Assembly: GCA_964406105.1 (NCBI GenBank) | Contig: CAYOQK010000022.1 | Span: forward strand, 14,053 to 78,052 | Length of the DNA stretch: 64,000 nucleotides | Source: an uncultured bacterium | GTDB taxonomy: Bacteria; Hydrothermota; Hydrothermia; WGAB01 | Direction of reading: 5' to 3' | In this document: positions 1 to 8,583 of the stretch, piece after piece | Layout of the letters: each line of letters opens with the position of its first letter | How positions within the stretch are numbered: the first letter of the stretch is position 1 | Notes under the pieces: generated by a model | Seen by the model: the letters and a program-made list of their open reading frames with translations, nothing else | Told to the model about the DNA's origin: nothing | Databases searched by the model: none | Position numbers and translations under genes: made by a program

Positions 1-551
1 ATAACCCCCACGCCTGGACCTATGTAGACCTGCGACAGGACTCCGTGATCCCAGTGCCCCCGGCGGGCCGGTACCCCGTGACCTTCTTCGGCGGCGTCCA
101 TTTCCGCAGCGCCTATCCCACCATCCTGCTGGATAGCCCCGCCCAGTTCGGCCATTCCGTGGCTCGGGTGCCCGGTGGCAATTGGCTCTTGGTGGACGCC
201 GACTACTTCTTCCGAGCCATTGTGGCACCGGTGCATTACACTGTGGTGCACGAGGGCACCGATGCTCTGCCTCGGGTGTTCGCTCTGGGCACGGCTTCCC
301 CCAGCCCCTTCCGCCACAAGACCACCCTGCGGTTCGCTCTGCCCAAAGCCACCCACGTAACCCTGGAGATCTTTGACCATGCGGGCCGCCGTGTGCGTAC
401 CTTGGTCAACACCGAGATGCCCGCTGGGTACCACTCACTCACCTGGGACGGCACCGACGGCCAAGGGCACCGTTTGGCCTCGGGCCTGTACTTCTACCGA
501 CTGGTGACACCGGAGTACCGGGCTGTGAGGAAGGTGCTGCTGATCCGCTGA
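1..551 (+). CDS. 3' portion of a secreted protein carrying a T9SS-type (Por_Secre_tail / FlgD-Ig-like) C-terminal sorting domain; the frame is open to the window start, so the gene is partial
   Basis: The frame with the stop at 549-551 has no stop codon back to nt 3. The C-terminal ~75 aa (FALPKATHVTLEIFDHAGRRVRTLVN...GYHSLTWDGTDGQGHRLASGLYFYRL) matches the beta-sandwich pattern typical of T9SS CTD / FlgD-like domains. A rho-independent terminator follows. Confidence 0.55.
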   Translation, partial: NPHAWTYVDLRQDSVIPVPPAGRYPVTFFGGVHFRSAYPTILLDSPAQFGHSVARVPGGNWLLVDADYFFRAIVAPVHYTVVHEGTDALPRVFALGTASPSPFRHKTTLRFALPKATHVTLEIFDHAGRRVRTLVNTEMPAGYHSLTWDGTDGQGHRLASGLYFYRLVTPEYRAVRKVLLIR

Positions 552-575
552 GCCACGGTTTGCCAAGGTCTTTAA

Positions 576-609
576 GGGGGCGGCGATACACCCTCGCCGC
601 CCCCTTTTT
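576..609 (+). terminator. Rho-independent terminator (GGGGGCGGCGA-tacaccc-TCGCCGCCCCC followed by TTTTT)
   Basis: Perfect 11-bp GC-rich inverted repeat with a 7-nt loop, immediately followed by a T5 tract, 25 nt after the stop of the upstream CDS. Confidence 0.65.
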
Positions 610-698
610 GGTTCCCTTTTCCCCAAAGCCCCTGAACTCTGGGAAAAGGGACCTTCTCTGGTTCCGCAAACCTTCCAAATCCTTTACACTAAGCCATC

Positions 699-1562
699 AT
701 GGGTGCTTTGGTCTTCAGCGGGAAGGAATTGGCCGCCCGCGTGCGGCAAGAGGTCAAGGAGGAAGTGGAGGCTTTAAAGGCCCAGGGGGTACAGCCCTTT
801 TTGGCGGTCATCCTCGTGGGCGATGATCCCGCTTCCCAGGTTTACGTGCGCAACAAGGAACGCTCTGCTCAAAAGGTCGGTATCGCATCCCACACGTATC
901 GGCTCCCTGCAGAAACCTCCCAGGAGGAACTGCTAAGGCTTCTCCGGAAACTCAACGAAGATCCCCAGGTGCACGGCATCCTGGTCCAGCTCCCCCTTCC
1001 CGATCACATCAACGAGCGCGACATCATCCTGTCCATCAATCCCATCAAAGACGTGGATGGGTTCCATCCTGAGAACCTGGGTCGCTTGGTGGCTGGCTAT
1101 CCCCGGTACCTGCCGTGCACTCCAAGGGGTGTGATGCGGATCCTGCACGAGGCCGGGGTCCAGTTGCAGGGCAAGGAGGCTGTGGTGGTGGGCCGAAGCG
1201 TGATCGTGGGGAAACCCATGGGCCTGATGTTGCTGGCCGAGCACGCCACGGTGACCACCGTGCACTCCCGAACCCGCGATCTGGCGTTCCACACCCGCCG
1301 GGCCGATGTGCTGGTGGTGGCAGCTGGGCGTGCGGGCCTTATCAAAGGCGATATGGTCAAGGAGGGTGCCGTGGTCATTGATGTGGGAGTAAACCGAATG
1401 CCCGACGGATCCCTAAAGGGCGATGTGGAGTTTGATGAGGTGGTGGAAAAGGCCTCGGTGATCACGCCGGTGCCCGGGGGCGTCGGGCCTATGACCGTGG
1501 CCATGTTGATGAAGAACACCGTGGAAGCTGCCAAACTTCAAACCCTAAACCGGGAGGGTTGA
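699..1562 (+). CDS. folD: Bifunctional 5,10-methylene-tetrahydrofolate dehydrogenase / methenyl-THF cyclohydrolase
   Basis: 287 aa. The N-terminus [16 protein letters not shown]...[29 protein letters not shown], the GILVQLPLP motif and the C-terminal [17 protein letters not shown] are all FolD hallmarks. Confidence 0.9.
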   Translation: MGALVFSGKELAARVRQEVKEEVEALKAQGVQPFLAVILVGDDPASQVYVRNKERSAQKVGIASHTYRLPAETSQEELLRLLRKLNEDPQVHGILVQLPLPDHINERDIILSINPIKDVDGFHPENLGRLVAGYPRYLPCTPRGVMRILHEAGVQLQGKEAVVVGRSVIVGKPMGLMLLAEHATVTTVHSRTRDLAFHTRRADVLVVAAGRAGLIKGDMVKEGAVVIDVGVNRMPDGSLKGDVEFDEVVEKASVITPVPGGVGPMTVAMLMKNTVEAAKLQTLNREG

Positions 1563-1563
1563 C

Positions 1564-3234
1564 ATGCTTTCGGATATTGAAATCGCCCAGCGGGCGGAGC
1601 TCAAACCCATAGAGGAGATCGCCCAAAAGATCGGTCTTGACGCCAGCGTCATTGAAAAGTACGGCCACTACAAGGCCAAACTCCCCCTATCCATCCTGAA
1701 GGAGCGCGAAAAGGACCCCGATGCCAAACTCGTGCTCGTTACGGCCATCAACCCCACCCCTATGGGGGAGGGCAAAACCACCGTGTCCATCGGGCTGTCC
1801 ATGGCGTTGAATCGCCTGGGCAAACGCTCGGTGGTGGCCCTGCGCGAGCCCTCCTTGGGGCCGGTGTTCGGTGTGAAGGGAGGCGCCACCGGAGGCGGGT
1901 ACTCGCAGGTGGTACCCATGGAGGACATCAACCTCCACTTTACCGGTGATTTCCACGCCGTGTCCAGCGCCCATAACCTGCTGTCGGCGATGATTGATAA
2001 CCACATCCACCAGGGCAACGCCCTGGGCATTGACGCCCGCACCCTTCTGTGGCGTCGGACCATAGACATGAACGATCGGGCGCTGCGGCACATCGTGGTG
2101 GCTTTGGGCGGCAAGGCCAACGGCTTTCCCCGGGAAGACGGCTTTGACATCACACCGGCCTCTGAAATCATGGCCATCCTGGGCCTGGCTCGGGACTACG
2201 TGGACCTCAAGAACCGGCTGGGCAACATCCTGGTGGGGTTCACCTACGAGAAAAAACCGGTGTACGCCCGCGACCTGGGGGCCCACGGCGCCATGGCCGC
2301 CCTGCTCCGTGATGCCCTGAAACCCAACCTGGTGCAAACCTTAGAGAACACCCCCGCCCTGATCCATACCGGTCCCTTCGCCAACATCGCCCACGGCACC
2401 AACTCCATGGTCAGCACCCTTCTGGCACGGAAACTGTCGGACGTGGCTGTGGTGGAGGCCGGCTTTGGCGCGGATCTGGGCGCCGAAAAGTTCCTCAATG
2501 TGGTGTCTCGCCTGGGAGGATTCCATCCCCACGTGGTGGTCATCGTGGCCACGATCCGAGCCCTCAAGTATCACGGCGGCGTCCCCAAGAAGGAGGTGCA
2601 AACCCCGAACCCCGACGCCGTGGAGAAGGGCTTTCCGAACCTGCTCAAACACATTGAAAACATCCGCAAGTTCGGCTTGCCGCCGGTGGTGGCCATCAAC
2701 CGGTTCCCCACGGACACCGACGAGGAACTGGCCGTTTTGGACCGCCTGCTCCAGGATACAGGCGTGCCCTACGCCCTTACCGAGGTGTGGGCCAAGGGTT
2801 CGGAGGGCGGTGTGGCCCTGGCCGAGGCGGTATTGCACACCATGGAAACCCAGCCGGCCCAGTACAAACCCCTGTACGACCTGAACCAACCGCTCAAGGA
2901 GAAGATTGAAACCGTCGCCCGGGAGGTTTACGGCGCCGATGGCGTGGTGTACACACCGGCGGCCGAACGGGCACTACGACAGTACGAAAAACTGGGCTAC
3001 GGCGACGCTCCGGTGGTCATCGCCAAAACCCAGTACTCGCTCTCGGACGATCCCAAGAAATTGGGTCGTCCCACCGGCTTCAAGATCACCGTGCGGGAGG
3101 TTCGTTTGGCCGGGGGCGCGCGGTTCGTGATCCCCATCACCGGTGACATCATGACCATGCCAGGGCTGCCCAAAGAGCCTGCCGCCCTGCGGGTGGACCT
3201 GGACGAGAACGGGGTGATCCACGGGCTCTTCTGA
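1564..3234 (+). CDS. fhs: Formate--tetrahydrofolate ligase (formyl-THF synthetase)
   Basis: 556 aa with the PTPMGEGKTT P-loop and overall FTHFS-family length and pattern. The start overlaps the folD stop (1562/1564), which suggests translational coupling. Confidence 0.92.
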   Translation: MLSDIEIAQRAELKPIEEIAQKIGLDASVIEKYGHYKAKLPLSILKEREKDPDAKLVLVTAINPTPMGEGKTTVSIGLSMALNRLGKRSVVALREPSLGPVFGVKGGATGGGYSQVVPMEDINLHFTGDFHAVSSAHNLLSAMIDNHIHQGNALGIDARTLLWRRTIDMNDRALRHIVVALGGKANGFPREDGFDITPASEIMAILGLARDYVDLKNRLGNILVGFTYEKKPVYARDLGAHGAMAALLRDALKPNLVQTLENTPALIHTGPFANIAHGTNSMVSTLLARKLSDVAVVEAGFGADLGAEKFLNVVSRLGGFHPHVVVIVATIRALKYHGGVPKKEVQTPNPDAVEKGFPNLLKHIENIRKFGLPPVVAINRFPTDTDEELAVLDRLLQDTGVPYALTEVWAKGSEGGVALAEAVLHTMETQPAQYKPLYDLNQPLKEKIETVAREVYGADGVVYTPAAERALRQYEKLGYGDAPVVIAKTQYSLSDDPKKLGRPTGFKITVREVRLAGGARFVIPITGDIMTMPGLPKEPAALRVDLDENGVIHGLF

Positions 3235-3312
3235 GGGCTTTTCTCGGTTTGAAATCCCAGGGGCGGGCCCGGCCGGGCCCGCCCCACTCAACTCCGGTGA
3301 AGGGAAGTTCCC

Positions 3313-5637
3313 CTATGCGAAACCCTTTTCCTTAAGGGCTCGGTACACCTTTTCCGGCGTGATGGGGATCTCAAAAAACCGGATGCCGATGGCATCGTAG
3401 AGGGCGTTGGCGATCGCTGGAGCGGGCCCATTGATGCCCACCTCAGCCACGGACTTCGCCCCGAAGGGGCCGGTTTCCTCGTAGGAATCCACGATGATCG
3501 TGGTGATCTTCGGCAAATCGCGCAGGGTGGGGATCTTGTAGTCCTCAAAGTTCACGTTCACGGTACGGCCCTGAGAATCAAAGCGGAACTCTTCCATCAA
3601 GGCAAAGGAGATGCCGTTGAGCACCGCCCCCTCCACCTGGCCCTCCACCAACTTGGGGTTGATGGGGGTGCCACAGTCCACCGCGGATACGAAGTGCACC
3701 ACCTCCACCTCGCCGGTTTTTAGGTCCACCTCCACCTCGGCGAATTGGGCGATGAAGGGGGGAGGGGATTCATGCACGATATGGGACGCCGTAGCCTGGA
3801 TCTGGAACTGGTTTCGCTGATACAAACTGTAATGGGCCACTTGGGCATAGGACACCCGCTGGCCCGTGGCCCGGTGCACGACGTGGCCCTCCTCCACCTC
3901 CAGTTGGTCTTCGCGGACCTCCAGCATCTCGGCGGCCACCTTCAGAATCTGGCGGCGGATCTCCAGGGCGCATTTGCGCACGGCCTCCCCGGACAGGTAC
4001 GTGGTGGAGGACGCATACGCTCCCACATCAAAGGGCGTGAGATCGGTATCCGAGGACCGCACGATGATCATCTCCACTGGGATGTCCAGGACCTCAGCGG
4101 CGATCTGCGCCAGCACCGTATCGGAGCCGGTTCCGAGATCCGTGGCCCCCACGTGCAGGTTAAAGGACCCGTCGTCGTTCATCTTCATGTAGGCGCTGCC
4201 CATGTCAATCTCTGGGATGGCCGAGCCCTGCATAGCCGCCATCATGCCCACCCCCCGAACCCGATGGGGGGCCACCTGGATTCGCTTGCCGCGCTTCTCA
4301 TCCCAGCCGATGGCCTTTGCCCCCAGGTCCAAACAGGCGTCCAAACGGCACGAGCGGATCACCTGCTCTACCCCTTCGCGGCCCTCACCCAGGGCTTTGA
4401 ACACCTCGGAGGTTTCTCCAGTACGGATGTGCCAGCGCTTGTAGTACTCCACCACGTCCATCCCCAACTGGCGGGCGATGATGTCAATCTGTTGGCCCAG
4501 GGCAAAGTAGCCCTGGGTGGCCCCGTAGCCGCGATAGGCACCCCCCACCGGTAGGTTGGTGTACACAGAACGACCCCGGAACCGAAGGTGGGGGATCTTG
4601 TTGAAAAGGGGCAGCACTTTGGATCCCGTGTTGGTGAGCACCGTTAAGGCATGGGAGCCGTAGGCGCCCGCGTTCATCAGGGCGTCCATCTCTAACGCGA
4701 GGATGGCACCATCGGCCTTTCGCACCCCGGTTTTCAACCGAAGTTTCATTTCGTGTCGGGTTCGGGTGGCAAAGAACACCTCGGCCCGACTCAACACGAG
4801 TTTGGAGGCTCGGCCGGTACGCCATGTGGCCAAGCCCACCAGGGGCTCCAAGAGCACCTCCTGCTTGCCGCCAAATCCACCCCCGATCCGGGGTTTGATC
4901 ACCCGGATCTTCCGCAGGGGAATCCCCAGCACCATGGCGGTGATGCGGCGGGCGTGGAAGGGCACCTGGGTGGTGGAAAGGATCACCAACCGCCCCCTCT
5001 CGTCCAGGTAGGCAGCGGCGGCGTGGGGTTCCAAGGCACAATGACTGGCGTAGGGAGTGCGATACTCATGTTCCACGATGAAATCGGCCTCTTGGAACCC
5101 TTGGGCCAGGTTGCCATAAGAGAACTCCACTTCGGCGGCCAGGTTCCGCGAAGGGTCGTAAGGCACGGGGATCCGGGCGAATTCGTCGTCGGTGTGGACC
5201 TTTGGGGCGTCGGGATCCAAAGCCCGTTCCATGTCCAACACGGGTTCCAACACGCGGTACTCCACGTGAATCCGTTTGAGGGCTTCCTCGGCGATCTCTG
5301 GCGTTTCTGCAGCCACCATGGCCACCCGATCCCCCACAAAGCGCACCTTACGGTCAAAGAGCACCGTATCGTAGGGTGAGGGTTCTGGATACCCTTGGCC
5401 TGCGGTGGTGTGCAGCACCCGGGGCACGTTGCCATGGTGGAACACGGCCACCACCCCGTCCATCGCCTCGGCCTCCGAAGGATCTATGCGCAGGATCTCG
5501 GCGTGCGCATGGGGCGAGTACAGGATCTTCAGATACAGGGGATCCTTTAGGTCAAAGTCGTCGGTAAACCGGGCCGTGCCGGTGGCCAAGGACACCGCAT
5601 CCACCTTTTCCACAGATTTCCGAACCCGCTTAAACAT
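3313..5637 (-). CDS. Molybdopterin-dependent oxidoreductase large subunit (xanthine dehydrogenase / aldehyde oxidoreductase / CoxL-like family)
   Basis: 774 aa. The N-terminus VEKVDAVSLATGTARFTDDF is typical of the Ald_Xan_dh family, and the IGGGFGGK motif is present. The segment GGAYRGYGATQ differs from the form-I (VAYRCSFR) and form-II (AYRGAGR) CO-dehydrogenase active-site loops. Confidence 0.85.
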   Translation of the reverse strand: MFKRVRKSVEKVDAVSLATGTARFTDDFDLKDPLYLKILYSPHAHAEILRIDPSEAEAMDGVVAVFHHGNVPRVLHTTAGQGYPEPSPYDTVLFDRKVRFVGDRVAMVAAETPEIAEEALKRIHVEYRVLEPVLDMERALDPDAPKVHTDDEFARIPVPYDPSRNLAAEVEFSYGNLAQGFQEADFIVEHEYRTPYASHCALEPHAAAAYLDERGRLVILSTTQVPFHARRITAMVLGIPLRKIRVIKPRIGGGFGGKQEVLLEPLVGLATWRTGRASKLVLSRAEVFFATRTRHEMKLRLKTGVRKADGAILALEMDALMNAGAYGSHALTVLTNTGSKVLPLFNKIPHLRFRGRSVYTNLPVGGAYRGYGATQGYFALGQQIDIIARQLGMDVVEYYKRWHIRTGETSEVFKALGEGREGVEQVIRSCRLDACLDLGAKAIGWDEKRGKRIQVAPHRVRGVGMMAAMQGSAIPEIDMGSAYMKMNDDGSFNLHVGATDLGTGSDTVLAQIAAEVLDIPVEMIIVRSSDTDLTPFDVGAYASSTTYLSGEAVRKCALEIRRQILKVAAEMLEVREDQLEVEEGHVVHRATGQRVSYAQVAHYSLYQRNQFQIQATASHIVHESPPPFIAQFAEVEVDLKTGEVEVVHFVSAVDCGTPINPKLVEGQVEGAVLNGISFALMEEFRFDSQGRTVNVNFEDYKIPTLRDLPKITTIIVDSYEETGPFGAKSVAEVGINGPAPAIANALYDAIGIRFFEIPITPEKVYRALKEKGFA

Positions 5638-6097
5638 GGTCTTTCAACCTCTTGGCCGCCAACTTTACCCCTTCCAGAATCTTCACGTAGCCGGTGCACC
5701 GGCACAGATGGCCGTCCAGCGCTTGGCGGATTTCCTCATCGGTGGGGTCCGGGTTCTGTTGGAGCAAGGCATAGGTGCTGACCACAATGCCCGGCGTACA
5801 GAACCCACACTGCACCGCCCCGGCTTCGGCCAAGGCCTTTTGGATGGGGTGGGGGTGGTGCACCGTTCCCAGCCCCTGGGAGGTGAGGATCGGGATCTCC
5901 TGGGCTGTGGCAGCCAAAACCTGGCACGAGGGCACCGGCACCCCGTCCAGGAGCACCGCACAGGCACCGCACAGGCCATCATCGCACCCGTGTTTGACCT
6001 CGGTAAACCCGTTTTCCCGAAGCACCTCCAACAGGGTCGCCTCAGGCCGAAACTCCAACTCCCAAACCTCTCCGTTGATCAGGAACCGCCCCTTCAT
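5630..6097 (-). CDS. [2Fe-2S]-binding small subunit of the molybdenum hydroxylase (CoxS/XdhC-like)
   Basis: 155 aa with plant-type ferredoxin cysteines (CDDGLCGACAV) and second-cluster cysteines (CGFCTPG...CRCTGY). It overlaps the large-subunit start by 8 nt. Confidence 0.85.
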   Translation of the reverse strand: MKGRFLINGEVWELEFRPEATLLEVLRENGFTEVKHGCDDGLCGACAVLLDGVPVPSCQVLAATAQEIPILTSQGLGTVHHPHPIQKALAEAGAVQCGFCTPGIVVSTYALLQQNPDPTDEEIRQALDGHLCRCTGYVKILEGVKLAAKRLKDHV

Positions 6098-6912
6098 GCG
6101 GATCCTCCCAAGAGCTGTACAAGGCCCCGAGCCAGATACACCCGGGCCAGATGCTGTTGATACTCTGGAGACCCCATGCGTTTATGGGCATAGAACTCGG
6201 CGGAAAGACGGTGGGCAACGGCCTCGGGATCTACCCGGTCTACCCACGCTCCCTCCAGGGTTTCCATAACCTCGTGTACCTCGGTCCACTTGCCACGGGT
6301 ACCGAACAGCACAACCCGAGGATCCCGAACCCTGTCCGCCTCTATCCGCAGCAGCACAGCCAGGGTAAAGGCGGGTAGATCGTTACGGGTGCGTACAGCG
6401 CGGAAAAAGTAGGCCCGCCCTGGGTACGGTGCATAGCGGATCTCGGTGATCAAGGTTCCCCGGTGCACCTCAGGAGTAGCCAGGTACTCGGCCACGGGCA
6501 TCTCGCCCGTGTGCCGGCCCTGGAGCACCACCCGGGCGCGGAGAGCCAACAGGGGAGCCAAAAGGTCAGACCACGGAGGTGCCATGGCCACGCTGCCGCC
6601 CAAGGTGATCCGGTTCCGAAGGAGCTGGGTGGAAGACTGGGAAAGGGCTTGAACCAAAACGCCGTGGGGTTCATGGGGATAGAGCTGTTTCACGGTCTCG
6701 GAAAAGGTCAACATGGCCCCAAGGCGGACCTCCTGGGGCGTGTAGGAAAAGGCCTTAAGCGGGAGCCGATGCAGGGCCACCAGGCCCTGAAAGGCCCGTA
6801 AGGAGCCACGCAGAAGTCCTGTGCCGCCGCCATGGGGGGCCACCCCTTCCCGAGAGAGGAGCCGCACCGCCTCGTCCACCGTATCCGGGAAGAACCACTC
6901 CAAAGACGCCAT
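6094..6912 (-). CDS. FAD-binding medium subunit of the molybdenum hydroxylase (CoxM/XdhB-like, FAD_binding_5)
   Basis: The six-frame ORF runs to 7017, but MASLEWFFPDTVDEAVRLLSREG...HGGGTGLL aligns with the usual CoxM N-terminus, so the start is moved to the ATG at 6910-6912. A TTGACA-17-TATGCT promoter sits immediately upstream on the minus strand, implying a leaderless or near-leaderless mRNA. Confidence 0.65.
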   Translation of the reverse strand: MASLEWFFPDTVDEAVRLLSREGVAPHGGGTGLLRGSLRAFQGLVALHRLPLKAFSYTPQEVRLGAMLTFSETVKQLYPHEPHGVLVQALSQSSTQLLRNRITLGGSVAMAPPWSDLLAPLLALRARVVLQGRHTGEMPVAEYLATPEVHRGTLITEIRYAPYPGRAYFFRAVRTRNDLPAFTLAVLLRIEADRVRDPRVVLFGTRGKWTEVHEVMETLEGAWVDRVDPEAVAHRLSAEFYAHKRMGSPEYQQHLARVYLARGLVQLLGGSA

Positions 6913-6919
6913 CGGCCAT

Positions 6920-6948
6920 AGCATAGCGGCCACTTGCACCCTTGTCAA
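6920..6948 (-). promoter_or_regulatory. Candidate sigma70-like promoter for the coxM-like gene (-35 TTGACA, 17-nt spacer, -10 TATGCT, read on the minus strand)
   Basis: The reverse complement of 6920-6948 gives TTGACA agggtgcaagtggccgc TATGCT, directly abutting the proposed ATG. This suggests a leaderless transcript. Confidence 0.35.
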
Positions 6949-7003
6949 CCAAAACCACGCAAAACCAAAGCAGGGAACCGCTTTACAAATCCCCAAGATG
7001 TTC

Positions 7004-7032
7004 TTGCACTCTGGCACAAGGACGCCGATAAT
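7004..7032 (+). promoter_or_regulatory. Candidate sigma70-like promoter for the AI-2E transporter gene (-35 TTGCAC, 17-nt spacer, -10 GATAAT)
   Basis: TTGCAC tctggcacaaggacgcc GATAAT ends 14 nt before the ATG at 7047. That would give a very short (about 7 nt) 5' UTR with no Shine-Dalgarno sequence. Confidence 0.4.
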
Positions 7033-7046
7033 AAGCCCGAATTGCC

Positions 7047-8210
7047 ATGAACATCCTGCACGTGTTCCTTGCCTTCGTGCTCTTGGCGCTGTCCATCGCC
7101 TTTGGCATTGACCGGGCCCTATGGCCCCTCATGTTCTCCCTGCTCGCCCTCTTGGCCCTTTACGAGAACCGCCAATCCCCTGGCTTTCGGGTGCCCTTCC
7201 TGCTCTCCGTGCTGTTCACCCTGTACTTCCTGTTCTCCCGGTTCCAAATGGTGTTCGTTCCCCTTTTCTTCGGGATTCTGTTGGCCTTTCTCCTGGACCC
7301 GGTGGTCACCTTCCTTCGGCAACGGGCCCGGATCCCTCGGGCCGCAAGTGCCCTTACTTTGCTCCTCCTGTTCCTGATCCTCATGCTGGGCCTGGTGGGG
7401 GGCCTTACGGCTCAGGCCCTGAGCCAAGCGGCCTCCCTGCTGTCGGCCTCCCCCCGACTCCTGCAGCAGGTGTTTGACCAACTGAACCGCCTTCTGCAAG
7501 ACACGGGCTGGCTCACCCATTTCGGCCCCATCAACCTGCAGGAAGAGTTCTTCCGAGGACTGGCACACCAAATTAGCCAATTGCCCGCCCGCGCGTTCTC
7601 CGTGATGAACCTTCTGATCTTCTTCCTGCTCACCTTGGTGGTGGCCTTTTACCTGCTGGTGGATCTGGAACGGCTCACCCAATGGGCCCGAAACCTGGCC
7701 CTGAACCTTGGGGTGAGCCCCGAACTCCTGCACATGGCCGGCGAGGTGAAACACATCCTGCACCGGTACTTTCGGGGCCAAGTGTTGGACGCCACAGCCG
7801 TGGGCCTGCTCACCGGCATCGCCCTGGCCCTTTTGGGAATCCGGTTTGCCACCCTCTTGGGAGTACTGGCTGGCGTGATGAACCTGGTGCCTACCCTTGG
7901 GTTCTGGATCAGTTTCATCCCCGCCCTGCTCGTGGGCCTGATGGAGCCCTCCCCCTGGATGGGCCTGCTGAAGGTGGTGGCCGTGTACGGTGGCGTGCAG
8001 GCCCTGGAAAGCAGCTTCCTCGCACCGCGGATCATCGGGGGCTCCGTGGGCCTGCACCCCCTGGTGATCTTCTTCGCCCTGCTCATCGGGGCAGAACTGC
8101 TGGGCGTGCTGGGCATGCTGCTGGCCGTGCCCACCGCCGCTCTGATCAAAAGCCTGCTGGAAACCTACGGCCCCTTGGCCCACCAACCCAAGGCACCCCT
8201 TAAGGACTGA
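7047..8210 (+). CDS. AI-2E family transporter (UPF0118 / PerM-like permease)
   Basis: 387 aa, polytopic, with a hydrophobic N-terminal segment, a central hydrophilic loop and the conserved C-terminal GGSVGLHPLVIFFALLIG...LLAVPTAA pattern typical of AI-2E / YhhT-family proteins. Confidence 0.8.
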   Translation: MNILHVFLAFVLLALSIAFGIDRALWPLMFSLLALLALYENRQSPGFRVPFLLSVLFTLYFLFSRFQMVFVPLFFGILLAFLLDPVVTFLRQRARIPRAASALTLLLLFLILMLGLVGGLTAQALSQAASLLSASPRLLQQVFDQLNRLLQDTGWLTHFGPINLQEEFFRGLAHQISQLPARAFSVMNLLIFFLLTLVVAFYLLVDLERLTQWARNLALNLGVSPELLHMAGEVKHILHRYFRGQVLDATAVGLLTGIALALLGIRFATLLGVLAGVMNLVPTLGFWISFIPALLVGLMEPSPWMGLLKVVAVYGGVQALESSFLAPRIIGGSVGLHPLVIFFALLIGAELLGVLGMLLAVPTAALIKSLLETYGPLAHQPKAPLKD

Positions 8211-8268
8211 GTTCTTGAGAAGCCACCTGTATCATTCCCCCACAGACGCACTCAAAGGAGGTGTTTCC

Positions 8269-8583
8269 ATGAATCCAGAAAAACCCGCCTTTCAGGTGGA
8301 ATTGCCCGAGGATCAGGGCGCAGGGGTATATGCCAACCTGGTGATGATTGCCCACTCCCCCTCCGAGTTCATCCTGGACTTCGCCCGGCAAATGCCAGGC
8401 CTACCCAAGGCCAAGGTGGTCTCCCGCATCATCATGACCCCTCAGCACGCCAAACTCCTGCTCCAGGCCCTGGAAGCCAACATCAAGAAGTACGAAGAAC
8501 GGTTTGGCACCATCAAGATCCCCGGTACCCGCGAACGACGCATCGGTTTCACCCAAGAACCCGAAGGGGGCGAGGGATCGTGA
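8269..8583 (+). CDS. DUF3467 domain protein
   Basis: MNPEKPAFQVELPEDQGAGVYANLVMIAHSPSEFILDF matches the DUF3467 pattern. The ATG at 8269 has a GGAGG Shine-Dalgarno sequence 7 nt upstream, so the longer ORF from 8215 is probably not used. Its stop overlaps the GTG start of the next gene. Confidence 0.6.
   Translation: MNPEKPAFQVELPEDQGAGVYANLVMIAHSPSEFILDFARQMPGLPKAKVVSRIIMTPQHAKLLLQALEANIKKYEERFGTIKIPGTRERRIGFTQEPEGGEGS

Noticed and set aside
3745-4554. 269-aa plus-strand ORF, plus several others at 4753-5379 and 5405-6160, inside the molybdenum hydroxylase genes
   Set aside because: They are antisense or out-of-frame relative to strongly supported coxL/coxS-like genes, and their translations are low complexity.
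7119-8186. 355-aa minus-strand ORF antisense to the AI-2E transporter gene
   Set aside because: Its Gly/His/Gln-rich low-complexity translation is typical of the antisense frame of a high-GC gene. The sense-strand gene has a clear family match, promoter and membrane topology.
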